NCBI GenBank assembly: GCA_963798485.1 | Contig: CAWCTR010000007.1 | Span: forward strand, 192,001 to 256,000 | From: an uncultured delta proteobacterium | GTDB lineage: Bacteria; Desulfobacterota; Desulfomonilia; UBA1062 | Direction of reading: 5' to 3' | Length of the DNA stretch: 64,000 nt | Translations under genes and position numbers: made by a program | Shown: positions 47,164-57,689 of the stretch, in pieces | Layout of the letters: every line of letters starts with the position of its first letter | Position numbering within the stretch: position 1 is the first letter of the stretch | The notes under the pieces: generated by a model | The model's database searches: none | What the model saw: only the letters and a program-made list of their open reading frames with translations | Told to the model about the DNA's origin: nothing

Positions 47164-48421
47164 GCGCCTCCAGGTCCTCGGCTTGGGCGATGCGCACCGC
47201 CATGGGCCCTAATGTCTGAAAAGTTTTCTCTGATATCCCGATGACCGAGGTGCGCTTGGTGAAATCATAGACGCCGAGCGGCGAATAGAACCGCGCCGTT
47301 GAACCGGTGGGCAGGGTATGGTTGGGTCCGGCCACATAATCGCCCATGGCCTCCGGGCTCATATAACCCAGGAACACTGCCCCTGCATTCTTGATCCTGC
47401 CGAGATACTCATAGGCATTGTCCAGCATGAGCTCCAGGTGTTCAGGCGCCACCTTGTTGGCGATATTGATGGCCTCATCCAGGTCTTTTGTCACGATAAC
47501 CGCCCCGTGGTTATCGAGGGCGCCTCTGATGGTGTCCTTGCGCGGCAGGGCGGCTACGGCCTTTTCCAGCTCTTTCAACACGGCCGCAGCCAGGGCCGCC
47601 GAAGGGGTGATTAGGATGGAAGATGCCTGGGTATCGTGCTCGGCCTGGGAGAGCAGGTCGCACGCAACCACATACGGATCAGCCTTGTCATCCGCAATCA
47701 CGAGGATCTCGGAAGGGCCTGCAAAGGCGTCGATGCCGATGGTCCCCTGGAGGAGCTTCTTGGCATGGGCTACATAGATATTACCCGGGCCGACCACCTT
47801 GTCCACTTTTGCGATGCTCTTGGTTCCGAAGGCCAGGGCGGCTATGGCCTGGGCGCCTCCGATACGGTAGATCCTCTCCACACCTGCTATATGTGCAGCG
47901 GCAAGCAGCGTCCGGCTGACCCTACCGGAAGGGGTGGGGGATACCACCACGATATTCTCTACGCCGGCGATTTTCGCCGGGATCACATTCATGAGCAGTG
48001 TTGAAGGAAAGGCGTTCTTCCCCCCCGGTACATAGATGCCCGCACTGCCTACGGCGGTGACCTTCTGCCCAAGGATGGTGCCCGATTCATCGGTGATGAA
48101 CCAGGACTGCTCCTTCTGGTGGGAATGGAACTCCTCTATGCGCATTGCAGCGCAGCCGAGCGCTTCGAGGATGTCTTTCGGGGCCTCTTGGTATGCCTTT
48201 GCAATCTCGGGTTGTCCGAAGCAGAGCCCGTCTTTTTCCGGGTCGAACGTATCAAAGGTCCTGGTGTATTCAAACAGCGCCTCATCTCCCCTGACCCTGA
48301 CCTGCTCGATGATCCCTCTGACCGCGCTGTCCACCTCATCAGGCATGCCCCTCATACGGTCCAGCAGCCCGAAAAGCCTTTCATTCCAGTCTTGATCCTT
48401 CGTCCTTATTGTTATCATCAA
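47120..48421 (-). CDS. hisD: Histidinol dehydrogenase
   Basis: GIYVPGG, GGAQAIAALAFGT, AGPSE, QAEHD and GDYVAGPNHTLPT motifs. Confidence 0.97.
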   Translation of the reverse strand: MMITIRTKDQDWNERLFGLLDRMRGMPDEVDSAVRGIIEQVRVRGDEALFEYTRTFDTFDPEKDGLCFGQPEIAKAYQEAPKDILEALGCAAMRIEEFHSHQKEQSWFITDESGTILGQKVTAVGSAGIYVPGGKNAFPSTLLMNVIPAKIAGVENIVVVSPTPSGRVSRTLLAAAHIAGVERIYRIGGAQAIAALAFGTKSIAKVDKVVGPGNIYVAHAKKLLQGTIGIDAFAGPSEILVIADDKADPYVVACDLLSQAEHDTQASSILITPSAALAAAVLKELEKAVAALPRKDTIRGALDNHGAVIVTKDLDEAINIANKVAPEHLELMLDNAYEYLGRIKNAGAVFLGYMSPEAMGDYVAGPNHTLPTGSTARFYSPLGVYDFTKRTSVIGISEKTFQTLGPMAVRIAQAEDLEAHARSVQCRQKKQNP

Positions 48422-49683
48422 AGACCGCCCTTCTCCCTTGATACCTCTGCGCCGAGCTTGATGAGCTTCTTGTCCAGGCCTTCATAGCCTCGGTCGAGAT
48501 GGTAGATCCTCCTGATCTCGGTATACCCGGCGGCATTTATCGCTGCGAGCACCAGGCTGGCCGAGGCCCTCAGGTCAGTGGCCATGACGGATGCCCCCTG
48601 GAACCGATCAATGCCACGCACGATCACGGTCCTGCCCTTTTCTTCGAGGTCGGCCCCCATGCGCACAAGCTCGGGTACATGCATGAACCGGTTCTCGAAG
48701 ATGTTCTCCGTGATGTCGGAAACCCCGGCCGCGATACAGGCCAGGGCCATTATCTGTGCCTGCATGTCTGTGGGGAAGCCGGGGTAGGGCGAAGTCTTTA
48801 TGTGAACAGGCGTCAGGTCGCAATCCCCGTTTACCTGGAGCGTACCATCTTCACCTTCGCTGATCTTGATGCCCATCTCGAGAAGCTTGTCAATGATGGC
48901 TGCAGCATGATCCGGCCTTCCCCCCCTGATGGTGAGCTTCCCCTTGGTGATGGCAGCGGCAACAATGAGGGTACCCAGCTCTATCCTGTCGGGTATGACC
49001 TTGTAGTTAAGGCCGCAGAGCGAATTCACCCCTTCGATGACCATGGTGCTCTCTCCCGCACCCTCGATACGGGCGCCCATGGCATTCAGTGCGCCTGCGA
49101 GGTCCACGACCTCGGGCTCCCTCGCAGCACCCTCGATAATGGTTGTGCCTTCAGCCAGGCATGCGGCCATCATGACATTTTCCGTGCCGCCCACCGTGGT
49201 GTTGTCGAACACGATACGGGCGCCCTTGAGTTTGTTTGCCGTTGCCATGACATACCCGTGGGAAAGTTCTATTTCCGCCCCCATCTTGGCAAAGGCCTTC
49301 AGGTGCATGTCAATGGGCCTCACCCCGATGGCACACCCGCCGGGCAGCGATACCTTGGCCTTTCCATACTTGGCAAGGAGCGGCCCTAGGACAAGGATGG
49401 ATGCCCTCATGCTCTTGACCAGGTCATAGGGGGCCTCAAAGGCATTGACGCCTTTAGGGTCAAGAACAACGGTATTGTGTTCGGGCCTGTCCGCCTTGAT
49501 GCCCAGTTTTGCAAGCACCGCACAGATGGTGCTGATATCCATGAGCCGCGGCACATTGGTATATGTGCATAAGCCGTCAGAGAGCAGCGATGAGCAGAGT
49601 ATGGGCAGCGCTGCATTTTTGGACCCGGAGACGTTCACCTCTCCACGCAGCACATTGCCGCCTGATATGATGAATTTATCCAT
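48418..49683 (-). CDS. murA: UDP-N-acetylglucosamine 1-carboxyvinyltransferase
   Basis: SGSKNAALP, PGGCAIG, PGFPTDMQAQ and DRGYE motifs. Confidence 0.98.
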   Translation of the reverse strand: MDKFIISGGNVLRGEVNVSGSKNAALPILCSSLLSDGLCTYTNVPRLMDISTICAVLAKLGIKADRPEHNTVVLDPKGVNAFEAPYDLVKSMRASILVLGPLLAKYGKAKVSLPGGCAIGVRPIDMHLKAFAKMGAEIELSHGYVMATANKLKGARIVFDNTTVGGTENVMMAACLAEGTTIIEGAAREPEVVDLAGALNAMGARIEGAGESTMVIEGVNSLCGLNYKVIPDRIELGTLIVAAAITKGKLTIRGGRPDHAAAIIDKLLEMGIKISEGEDGTLQVNGDCDLTPVHIKTSPYPGFPTDMQAQIMALACIAAGVSDITENIFENRFMHVPELVRMGADLEEKGRTVIVRGIDRFQGASVMATDLRASASLVLAAINAAGYTEIRRIYHLDRGYEGLDKKLIKLGAEVSREKGGL

Positions 49684-50527
49684 GAATCCTCTCTATGATC
49701 ACGACCCTTTCTATCCCTGCAAGGTCATGTATCCAGGACCTTATCTTCAGAGTTTTTTTAGATCCTACCAAAGAGTCGATGGCTCCTTTTTGGCCCCGGC
49801 CGGCCTCCATGATGAGTATGCCGCCTTGGGTTAGATGACCGCTCATCCCTTTGATGATCTCTTTTACAATATCGAGCCCGTCTTTTCCACCGAAAAGGGC
49901 TTTTGCGGGCTCATGGAGCCTGACATCATCATCCAGGCTGTCCGCCTCATCCAGACGGATATAGGGCGGGTTTGCTATTATCATGGGCCAGGGGCCGCCG
50001 ATGCCGTCCATGACATTGCCCGCAAAGAGACCAAGCCTGTGGGAGACACCATGGGAGGCGGCATTGACCCGTGTAGTGATGAGGGCAGGGATGCTGATGT
50101 CATTGCCGACAGCCTTCAGGTCTTCCCGTTCACACAAAATTGAGATGATCACCGCACCACAGCCAACCCCGATCTCGAAAACCGTAGCACCTTTCGGGGC
50201 CAGCGCAATGGACTGCTCCACCAGGATCTCGGTCTCGGGCCTGGGGATGAGAACGTAAGGGTTGACCATAAACGGCATGCCGAAGAACTCCTTGACGCCT
50301 GTTATGTATGCCACCGGCTCGTGAGAGATCCTGCGCTCTATAAGGTCGCTGAAAGCATCCATCTCTTCGTCCGTGAGCATGCGGTCCCGGTGGATGATGA
50401 GGTCGATCCTTCTGATGGTAAGGGCGTGTGCAAGGAGCAGGTCGGCATCGATGAAGGCCGAGTCTATGTTCTGTTCTGCAAGAAGGCCCCTGGCTTTACT
50501 GAGCGCCTCGGAGATGGTTTTTGCCAC
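49676..50527 (-). CDS. prmC: Release factor glutamine methyltransferase
   Basis: EPVAYI, LIPRPETE and NPPYI motifs. Lies downstream of prfA. Confidence 0.95.
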   Translation of the reverse strand: MAKTISEALSKARGLLAEQNIDSAFIDADLLLAHALTIRRIDLIIHRDRMLTDEEMDAFSDLIERRISHEPVAYITGVKEFFGMPFMVNPYVLIPRPETEILVEQSIALAPKGATVFEIGVGCGAVIISILCEREDLKAVGNDISIPALITTRVNAASHGVSHRLGLFAGNVMDGIGGPWPMIIANPPYIRLDEADSLDDDVRLHEPAKALFGGKDGLDIVKEIIKGMSGHLTQGGILIMEAGRGQKGAIDSLVGSKKTLKIRSWIHDLAGIERVVIIERIHG

Positions 50528-50531
50528 TCCT

Positions 50532-51599
50532 TCAGCTCCCGGTCTTCTTGAGTGCCTCGGCCTGGTAATGGGTGGTAAGCTCGTCGATGATCTCGTCGAT
50601 GTCCCCCTCAAGGATCTGGGGGAGTCTGTGCAGGGTAAGGTTTACCCGGTGGTCTGTGACGCGGCCCTGGGGGAAGTTATAGGTGCGGATCCGCTCGCTC
50701 CTGTCTCCAGTGCCTACCTGGGAGCGTCTCTGTGAGGCGATCTCGCGGTCCTGGTCCTCATGCCTCTTCTGGAGGATACGGGTCCGGATCACCCTTAAGG
50801 CCTTTGCCTTGTTCTTGTGCTGGGACTTCTCGTCCTGACAGGAAACCACTATCCCGGTGGGGATGTGGGTGATGCGGATGGCCGACTCGGTCTTGTTCAC
50901 GTGCTGGCCGCCTGCCCCGGAAGCCCGGTAGGTATCTATCCTCAGGTCATTGACGTCAATGCTTACATCCACTTCTTCTGCCTCGGGCAGCACTGCAACC
51001 GTGACCGCCGAGGTGTGGATCCTTCCGCTCGCCTCAGTGGCCGGGACACGCTGTACCCGATGGACCCCGCTCTCGTATTTAAGCCTCGCATAGGCGTCCT
51101 TGCCCTTGATGCCGGCGATGACCTCTTTGATGCCGCCGATGCCGGTCTCATTGATGGACAGGACCTCGATAGCCCAACGCCTGGCTTCGGCATAACGGGA
51201 ATACATCCGAAAGAGGTCCGTAGCGAAAAGGGCCGCCTCTTCCCCCCCGGTGCCGGCCCTGATCTCGAGGATGACGTCGCGGCTGTCGTTCGGGTCCTTG
51301 GGGATGAAGAGCGTCCTGATCTGCTGCTCGGTACGCTGCCTTTCGGCCTGCAAGGACTCGAGCTCGCCCTTCACGAGCCCCCTGATCTCGGGGTCAGGGT
51401 CTTCAAGCATGGTTTCATGTTCGGCAATATCAGTGGATACCTGCATAAGTCGCCGGGAGAGGCCCATGATCTCCTCAAGGGAGGCCTGCTCTTTGGCTAT
51501 AGCGGTATACCGGGTATGGTCCGCAAAGATCTTCTCATCGGCAAGGAGATCGGAGAGCTGATGGTAGCGTTCCTCTATCTCCTTGAGTTTTTCGAGCAT
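50532..51599 (-). CDS. prfA: Peptide chain release factor 1
   Basis: RVPATE (PxT), GAGGQHVN and RTYNFPQ motifs. Confidence 0.98.
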   Translation of the reverse strand: MLEKLKEIEERYHQLSDLLADEKIFADHTRYTAIAKEQASLEEIMGLSRRLMQVSTDIAEHETMLEDPDPEIRGLVKGELESLQAERQRTEQQIRTLFIPKDPNDSRDVILEIRAGTGGEEAALFATDLFRMYSRYAEARRWAIEVLSINETGIGGIKEVIAGIKGKDAYARLKYESGVHRVQRVPATEASGRIHTSAVTVAVLPEAEEVDVSIDVNDLRIDTYRASGAGGQHVNKTESAIRITHIPTGIVVSCQDEKSQHKNKAKALRVIRTRILQKRHEDQDREIASQRRSQVGTGDRSERIRTYNFPQGRVTDHRVNLTLHRLPQILEGDIDEIIDELTTHYQAEALKKTGS

Positions 51600-51614
51600 G
51601 TCGTTTCTGGAGGG

Positions 51615-51848
51615 TTACTTGCTTTTGCCTTGCTTGCTGTCCTTTTTCAGGTACTCGCCGTACTTTCTCTTGAACAGCTCCGCCTTGCCTGCCGTAGAGG
51701 TGAGCCTCTGTTGACCCGTATAAAAGGGGTGGCAGGCGCTGCAGATTTCAACGCGTATGTCCTTCTTGGTAGAACGTGTGGCGAAGGTATTCCCGCACCC
51801 GCAGGTGACCGTTGTCTCGAAATAATCTGGGTGTATCCCTTTCTTCAT
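51615..51848 (-). CDS. rpmE: 50S ribosomal protein L31 (Zn type)
   Basis: [21 protein letters not shown]. Confidence 0.98.
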   Translation of the reverse strand: MKKGIHPDYFETTVTCGCGNTFATRSTKKDIRVEICSACHPFYTGQQRLTSTAGKAELFKRKYGEYLKKDSKQGKSK

Positions 51849-51859
51849 TGTATCTGCTC

Positions 51860-53107
51860 CTATTTATTCATGGAATCCATGAACTCGGCATTATTGCGCG
51901 TCTTGCTTAATTTGTCCAGTAAAAATTCTATGCTGTCGATGGGATTCAAGGGGCTCAGGAGCTTCCGCAAAATCCAGATGCGATCCAGCTGTTCCTTGGG
52001 CAGCAGGAGCTCCTCTTTACGTGTGCCCGACTTGGAGATGTCGATGGCCGGGAAGACCCTGCGCTCCATAATGGACCGGTCGAGGTGAATCTCCTGGTTG
52101 CCCGTGCCCTTGAATTCTTCGTAGATGACTTCATCCATACGGGAGCCCGTATCAACCAGCGCCGTTGCAATGATCGTGATACTGCCTCCCTCTTCAATAT
52201 TCCTGGCCGAACCGAAAAACCTTTTCGGTTTCTGCAGGGCATTTGCATCGATACCGCCGGAGAGGAGCTTGCCTGAGGGCGGGCATACCGTGTTGTGTGC
52301 CCTGGCAAGCCTGGTGAGCGAATCCAGCAGGATCACTACATCCTTTTTGTACTCCACCAGGCGCTTGGCCTTCTCCATGACCATACGGGCCACCTGCACA
52401 TGGCGTGCAGCAGGCTCGTCAAAGGTCGATGCCACAACCTCGCCATTAACGGAGCGCTGCATATCCGTAACCTCTTCAGGCCGCTCATCGATGAGCAGGA
52501 CCATCAATTCCACATCGGGGTGGTTCTTCTTGATGGAGTTGGCGACGCTCTGGAGCATCATGGTCTTGCCCGCCTTTGGCGGGGACACTATCATGCCCCT
52601 CTGGCCCTTGCCGATGGGGACAAGAAGATCCAGGACCCTCCCGGTGAGGTTGTCCTGACCGGTCTCAAGTTTGAATTTCTCCATGGGGTAGAGCGGGGTA
52701 AGATTGTCGAAGGACACCCGGTGCTTGGCCTCCTCCGGGTCTGCATCGCTGATGGTTTCAAGCTTCAGCAATGCGAAGTACCGCTCGTTGTCCTTGGGGG
52801 GCCTGATCTGTCCCCTTACCTCGTCGCCGTTTTTCAGGTTGAACCGCCTGATCTGGGAGGGCGAGACATATATGTCGTCCGGGCCGGGCAGGTAGCTGTA
52901 GTCAGCCGAACGCAGGAAGCCGAACCCATCGGGCAGGATCTCAAGGACCCCCTGGCCGGATATGGAGACATCTTTTTCCGCCTGGGCCTGGAGGATTGCA
53001 AAGATAAGCTCCTGCTTGTTCATGGTGGCTGAACCCTCTATCTCCAGCGAGTTTGCAGTCTCAAGGAGGTCCTTGGGGTCCATCTTTTTTAAATCTTCTA
53101 AGTGCAT
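51860..53107 (-). CDS. rho: Transcription termination factor Rho
   Basis: DGFGFLR, PPKAGKT, IDERPEE and EEFKGTGN motifs. Confidence 0.98.
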   Translation of the reverse strand: MHLEDLKKMDPKDLLETANSLEIEGSATMNKQELIFAILQAQAEKDVSISGQGVLEILPDGFGFLRSADYSYLPGPDDIYVSPSQIRRFNLKNGDEVRGQIRPPKDNERYFALLKLETISDADPEEAKHRVSFDNLTPLYPMEKFKLETGQDNLTGRVLDLLVPIGKGQRGMIVSPPKAGKTMMLQSVANSIKKNHPDVELMVLLIDERPEEVTDMQRSVNGEVVASTFDEPAARHVQVARMVMEKAKRLVEYKKDVVILLDSLTRLARAHNTVCPPSGKLLSGGIDANALQKPKRFFGSARNIEEGGSITIIATALVDTGSRMDEVIYEEFKGTGNQEIHLDRSIMERRVFPAIDISKSGTRKEELLLPKEQLDRIWILRKLLSPLNPIDSIEFLLDKLSKTRNNAEFMDSMNK

Positions 53108-53255
53108 ATAACTTCCTTTCGGCTTTATGAGCTGGTGTGGGGTGTTTCTGTGCGAGGGCCCACGAAACAGATTAATCGGTATGACATGGACTAAATGAAA
53201 CAAAATGCAATGTCAAGCGCAAAAGGGGCCTCTTTTAAGCTTCCTCCACCAGTCT

Positions 53256-54488
53256 TTATTTGTATATAACCTTCAAGGCATTAATATCCCGCTGGATACC
53301 CTTTACCCTGATACAACCCATGGGTTCAAAGCTTACACCCAGGTCCCCATGAGCCGGGAGCACGTCCGTGGTAAAGCTGCTGACGATGATCTCGCCCGGC
53401 GAGCTGATGGACTCAAGCCGTTGTGCAAGGTTTACCGGCTCTCCGATGACCGTATAGTTCAGCTGCTCCTGTGAGCCGATATTCCCTGCCACCACCAGGC
53501 CCGTAGAGATGCCGATGCCTACCTCGATGGCAAACAATCCTTCAGCCACAAGCCTTTCCTTGAGTTCATTCACCCCTTGCTGGATGTCAACGGCGCAGCG
53601 GATCGCCTTGACCGGGTCCATTTCGGTTTCATCAGGGATGCCGAAGACCGCCATGACCCCATCTCCCAAAAACTTGTCGAGCATGCCGCCATGCCTGAAG
53701 ATCACAGGGACTACGGTCTCGAAGAACCGGTTGAGCACCTCAACCACCTGCTCTACAGGGTTGCTGTCAAGCAGTGTGGTGAAGGAGGTAATGTCGGCAA
53801 ACACCACGGTTACGATCTTCCTCTGCCCCCCAAGGCCTGTCATACGGCCATCCGCCACAAGGTGCTCGGCAAGCCCCCGGGAAAAGTACCTGCTCAGATT
53901 CATACGTTTTTTCTCAAGTTCCAGGAGGTCCTGATAAGTCCGTACAAGCGATGCGGTAATGGAGAGCTGGTCGGCGATGAGCTCGAAGAACCTGAGATCA
54001 TTGGGCCCGAAGCAGCCCGGGACATTATCCCGGAAATTCATGACCCCGACGCTCCTGCCCTCTGTAATGATAGGCACGCATGCCAGAGACCCTTCCTGGT
54101 TAGTCCCCCTGTTGGAGAAGGTGGGGTCCTTGGTAACGTCTTGGATATACAACGTCTTGCCTGCCTCCACCACCTTGCCGGCGATCCCTTCACCCCTCTT
54201 GAGCAGAATGGGCGGCCTGTTGGGCGAGTTTTTCATGAGTGACGCGCTCACGATGCGCAGCGTCTGGGTCTGCTCATCAATAAGCATGACGGAAATACTT
54301 TGGATGCCCGTGGCATTCTTGATGATGTCGAGCTGGCGTAAGAAGAGCTGGTTCCAATGGGAGAGGCTCGTCCCCTTCAATGCCTCGCCGAGCTCTTTCA
54401 GCAGCGATAGCTCGGCTATCTTCTGCTCGTAACCCTTCTCAAGGGAAACGACACGCTCTTTTAATATAGATACAATGTCCCGTTCCAT
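53256..54488 (-). CDS. GAF-domain class III adenylate cyclase
   Basis: GAF domain (GEGIAG, SLACVPI) and cyclase motifs FADI, DKFLGDG and YTVIGEPVNLAQRLE. Confidence 0.92.
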   Translation of the reverse strand: MERDIVSILKERVVSLEKGYEQKIAELSLLKELGEALKGTSLSHWNQLFLRQLDIIKNATGIQSISVMLIDEQTQTLRIVSASLMKNSPNRPPILLKRGEGIAGKVVEAGKTLYIQDVTKDPTFSNRGTNQEGSLACVPIITEGRSVGVMNFRDNVPGCFGPNDLRFFELIADQLSITASLVRTYQDLLELEKKRMNLSRYFSRGLAEHLVADGRMTGLGGQRKIVTVVFADITSFTTLLDSNPVEQVVEVLNRFFETVVPVIFRHGGMLDKFLGDGVMAVFGIPDETEMDPVKAIRCAVDIQQGVNELKERLVAEGLFAIEVGIGISTGLVVAGNIGSQEQLNYTVIGEPVNLAQRLESISSPGEIIVSSFTTDVLPAHGDLGVSFEPMGCIRVKGIQRDINALKVIYK

Positions 54489-54490
54489 GG

Positions 54491-55924
54491 TTATAGGTCG
54501 AGAAGGGCCTTCACCCTCGATTCCGTATCCTCATACCGCCTGACGACAACGTCGTCACCCAGCTGTGAGAGCGTCTCGGGTGTGAGGTACTGCGCAGCGG
54601 CGGTGTTGGCGATATCCAGTGCTATTACTTTTTTATGCGCAATAATGTCTGCAAGATGAACCGTAACAGCAAGACAAATGTCCTTGGCCTTACCGGGCAG
54701 GTGATGACACAGGAGCCCATCCACTATTTCCTCGGGCAGGTTCCACCGCTCGGCCACGTATGCACCCATCTCGGCATGGGAAAGACCGGCTTCCTTTTCC
54801 TCGCTCGCCAGATCATCCAGGGAAGACAGGATTGACAGGTCGCCCAGGCAGTATCCCCGCTGGAGAAAGATGATCTTGCCGAAATCATGGAGCAGCCCTA
54901 GCGTATAAAGGGCATTGGCGTCATTGCACCCAAGAAGCCGGCCGAGCCAGTTGGCCAGGTGGGCCACCAGGAGGGAATGCTCCCAGAGTATCCGTGCTTT
55001 TTTCGGCGCAATCCGTTCCATGACCTGGTGCACGGCAATAGAAAACGCGAGGTTGATGACCTCGTCGTTGCCCAGGATCACCACTGCGTGCTCAATGGAT
55101 ACGATCTGCCTGCGAAAGCCATAGAAGGCGGAGTTCACGACCTTGAGCATGCGTGACGTGAGCACGGGGTCCTTTTCGATGATCTTTGCCATCTTTGAGG
55201 CGGCGACCATGGGATCTCCTGCAAGATCGATGATCTCCTTCGAGATGGAGGGCAGGGTGAAGAGGTGCTCGAAGTTGCGGAATTTCCGTAAGATCGCCTT
55301 TCCAATCTCTCTTTTTTTCTCCAGTTTCTCCTGATAGCCCCACTCCTGCATGAGTATTGCTATCTCAGCGTCTCTTACATGGCCGCCTGCATTGAATGCC
55401 GAAACGACACCAAAGGGAAGAAGGTCTTCTATCCAATGCCGGTCGGAGGGGCTCATGCCGGAAATGACCTGGCCGACCTCCTGGGGGCGGGAGGCCATGA
55501 ATGCATAGAATTGATAGAAGGCGTTCCCAAGGAACTTTGACTCTCCATCGCTGTCTTTTTCTGAAGAGGCCGTCTCCCGGATGCTCTCCCACAGGCTCTT
55601 GACCCAGTGGGTGCTCCCTTTGCTCAGATTGAACCGCTCAAGCGCCTCGAAGAACAGGGTCTGGATATCAGCGCCGTCCTTGGGATAGACCGCAATCCCC
55701 TTGGGGATCGAAAGGAACTGGGAAGAGGCCTCATCGGCCCCCATCCCGAACACACCGAGAACGAGGTATTCCCCATATTTCACGGCCGTATCCGTATCAC
55801 GCTTTGCCCGCAAAGCCATGTCGGCCTGTTCGTCGGGGACCACAACGACGGACATGCTGCCACCCAAAATTGAAACCTTTTTGAGCTCGATGTCCAAGGG
55901 CGCAAGCATATCCTTAAGTTCCAT
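54491..55924 (-). CDS. HDOD domain protein with a degenerate GGDEF-like N-terminus
   Basis: DPVLTSRMLKVVNSAFYG, LWEHS, GLLHDFGK and HAEMGAYVAERWNLP motifs. N-terminal GIAVYPKDG. Confidence 0.85.
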   Translation of the reverse strand: MELKDMLAPLDIELKKVSILGGSMSVVVVPDEQADMALRAKRDTDTAVKYGEYLVLGVFGMGADEASSQFLSIPKGIAVYPKDGADIQTLFFEALERFNLSKGSTHWVKSLWESIRETASSEKDSDGESKFLGNAFYQFYAFMASRPQEVGQVISGMSPSDRHWIEDLLPFGVVSAFNAGGHVRDAEIAILMQEWGYQEKLEKKREIGKAILRKFRNFEHLFTLPSISKEIIDLAGDPMVAASKMAKIIEKDPVLTSRMLKVVNSAFYGFRRQIVSIEHAVVILGNDEVINLAFSIAVHQVMERIAPKKARILWEHSLLVAHLANWLGRLLGCNDANALYTLGLLHDFGKIIFLQRGYCLGDLSILSSLDDLASEEKEAGLSHAEMGAYVAERWNLPEEIVDGLLCHHLPGKAKDICLAVTVHLADIIAHKKVIALDIANTAAAQYLTPETLSQLGDDVVVRRYEDTESRVKALLDL

Positions 55925-56016
55925 GGTGGTCCTATCGTCAAAACGAGCTCGAATCTTGACTTGGATAAGGCCGGCAAATCTGATACATCTTTTTTCAGAA
56001 TATATAAGGTGGGTTC

Positions 56017-57225
56017 ATGCTAAGCGTTGAAAAGGCTCGAGAGATCATCCTCTCAAAGCTCCCGGCCCTGCCGTCCGAACGGGTGTCTCTGGAAAACGCA
56101 CTGGGGAGATACCTTGCCGAGGACATCGTTTCAACCCTGGCTATACCCTCGTGTGACAATTCCGCCATGGACGGTTATGCCGTCCGCACGGATGATGTAA
56201 AGTCCATCGGTATCACCCTGGATATCTCATCAATCCTCCCGGCGGGCGCACAACCGGTTCATCCCGTTTCCAAAGGCCAAGCCGCCAAGATCATGACCGG
56301 CGCATCCATACCGGAAGGCGCGGATGCAGTGGTAAAGCGCGAAGATACCAAGGAGGAAGAAAGAACGGTCACGATCAATAAGGTGCCGGAAAAGAGCGAA
56401 AACATCCGCTTCAAAGGAGAGGACATTGCCCCGGGGCAGCTTATCCTCACGACAGGGACCCTCCTCGGACCGGCCGTCATAGGCGTGCTGGCATCACTTC
56501 GGCGCCCCATGGTCCAGGTTTCCCAAAGACCTGTGGTGGCCGTACTGGCCACAGGAGACGAGATCGTGGAACTGGGAGAGGATGTCCCGAATAACGCAAT
56601 CATCTCTTCAAACTCCTATACCCTGCTCAGCCTCATAAGGATCACCGGGGGTATCCCTTGCTATCTGGGCATTGCCCATGACAGGAAGGAAGACCTCAAG
56701 AACCGGCTTGCCCGTGCAAAAAAGGCCGACCTGATCCTCACCTCGGGCGGCGTTTCCATGGGCGATTATGACATGATCAGGGAGGTTATGAACGAGGACG
56801 GCGACTCGCTTGCATTCTGGGGTGTTGAGATGAAGCCCGGAAAGCCCCTTGCCTTCGGGTCTCTCTGCGGGGTGCCCGCCATAGGACTGCCCGGCAACCC
56901 CGTGTCCACCATGACCTCGTTCTATCAGTTCGCCAGGCCCGCCATCCTCAAGATGCAAGGCGCCAAAGACCTCCTCCTGCCAAGGGTGAGGGCCCGGCTC
57001 AAGGAGGCCTTGAAAAACTCCGGCGACAGGCCCCATTACATACGAGGCATCCTGGAGCGCTCAGGCGACGATTTCGTGGTCAGTCCCACAGGACCACAGG
57101 GATCAGGCATCCTCACTTCCATGGCAAGGGGCAACTGCTATATGGTCCTGCCCAAAGGGTCTCCATCGCTGCCGGCGGGCTCCTTTGTGGAATGCGAGGT
57201 CTTCCAGGTCGGGTGCTTCTTATAA
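56017..57225 (+). CDS. moeA: Molybdopterin molybdotransferase
   Basis: NSAMDGYA, IMTGA, TGDE, SGGVSMGDYD and MKPGKP motifs. Confidence 0.96.
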   Translation: MLSVEKAREIILSKLPALPSERVSLENALGRYLAEDIVSTLAIPSCDNSAMDGYAVRTDDVKSIGITLDISSILPAGAQPVHPVSKGQAAKIMTGASIPEGADAVVKREDTKEEERTVTINKVPEKSENIRFKGEDIAPGQLILTTGTLLGPAVIGVLASLRRPMVQVSQRPVVAVLATGDEIVELGEDVPNNAIISSNSYTLLSLIRITGGIPCYLGIAHDRKEDLKNRLARAKKADLILTSGGVSMGDYDMIREVMNEDGDSLAFWGVEMKPGKPLAFGSLCGVPAIGLPGNPVSTMTSFYQFARPAILKMQGAKDLLLPRVRARLKEALKNSGDRPHYIRGILERSGDDFVVSPTGPQGSGILTSMARGNCYMVLPKGSPSLPAGSFVECEVFQVGCFL

Positions 57226-57234
57226 CAAATAAGG

Positions 57235-57262
57235 TTGACAGAGTGATTGTAATAAGTATAAG
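57235..57262 (+). promoter_or_regulatory. Sigma70-type promoter for dksA-purL-purQ
   Basis: TTGACA-16-TATAAG. Confidence 0.5.
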
Positions 57263-57295
57263 TAGCCTACTTTTTAAATTCCGGTGGAGGACAGG

Positions 57296-57685
57296 ATGTT
57301 AAGAAAGAATGAGCTTCTCGAGATCAAAGAGATCCTTCTCCAGATGAAGAAGGACATCCTTAAGACCCTTGCTGAGAGAATTAAATCCAATGACTTGACC
57401 GCACAGCGGGAGATCGGCGACATCTTTGACGATGCCGACCTGGAGCAGACCAGGGAGTTCAACCTCCTCCTCGGCACCCGTGAACGGCAGAAACTGGACC
57501 AGATCGAGAGCGCCCTTTCGCGGATGGAGCAAGGCGAATATGGATTCTGCGAAGACTGTGAAGAAAATATACCTGCCGGGAGGCTCAAGGCCATGCCCTT
57601 TGCAACCCTGTGTGTAAAGTGCAAATCAGAGCGGGAAAGCATGGAAGGCCCCAACGCCCCCGTCTATGTAGAGGAAAAAGGTTAA
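57296..57685 (+). CDS. dksA: DksA/TraR family C4 zinc-finger protein
   Basis: DIFDDA coiled-coil tip and YGFCEDC..RLKAMP..CVKC. Confidence 0.88.
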   Translation: MLRKNELLEIKEILLQMKKDILKTLAERIKSNDLTAQREIGDIFDDADLEQTREFNLLLGTRERQKLDQIESALSRMEQGEYGFCEDCEENIPAGRLKAMPFATLCVKCKSERESMEGPNAPVYVEEKG

Positions 57686-57689
57686 TTCC

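Noticed and set aside
50817-52088. 423-aa plus-strand ORF and many other long antisense ORFs
   Set aside because: These are shadows of prfA/rpmE/rho and other real genes, with no protein motifs
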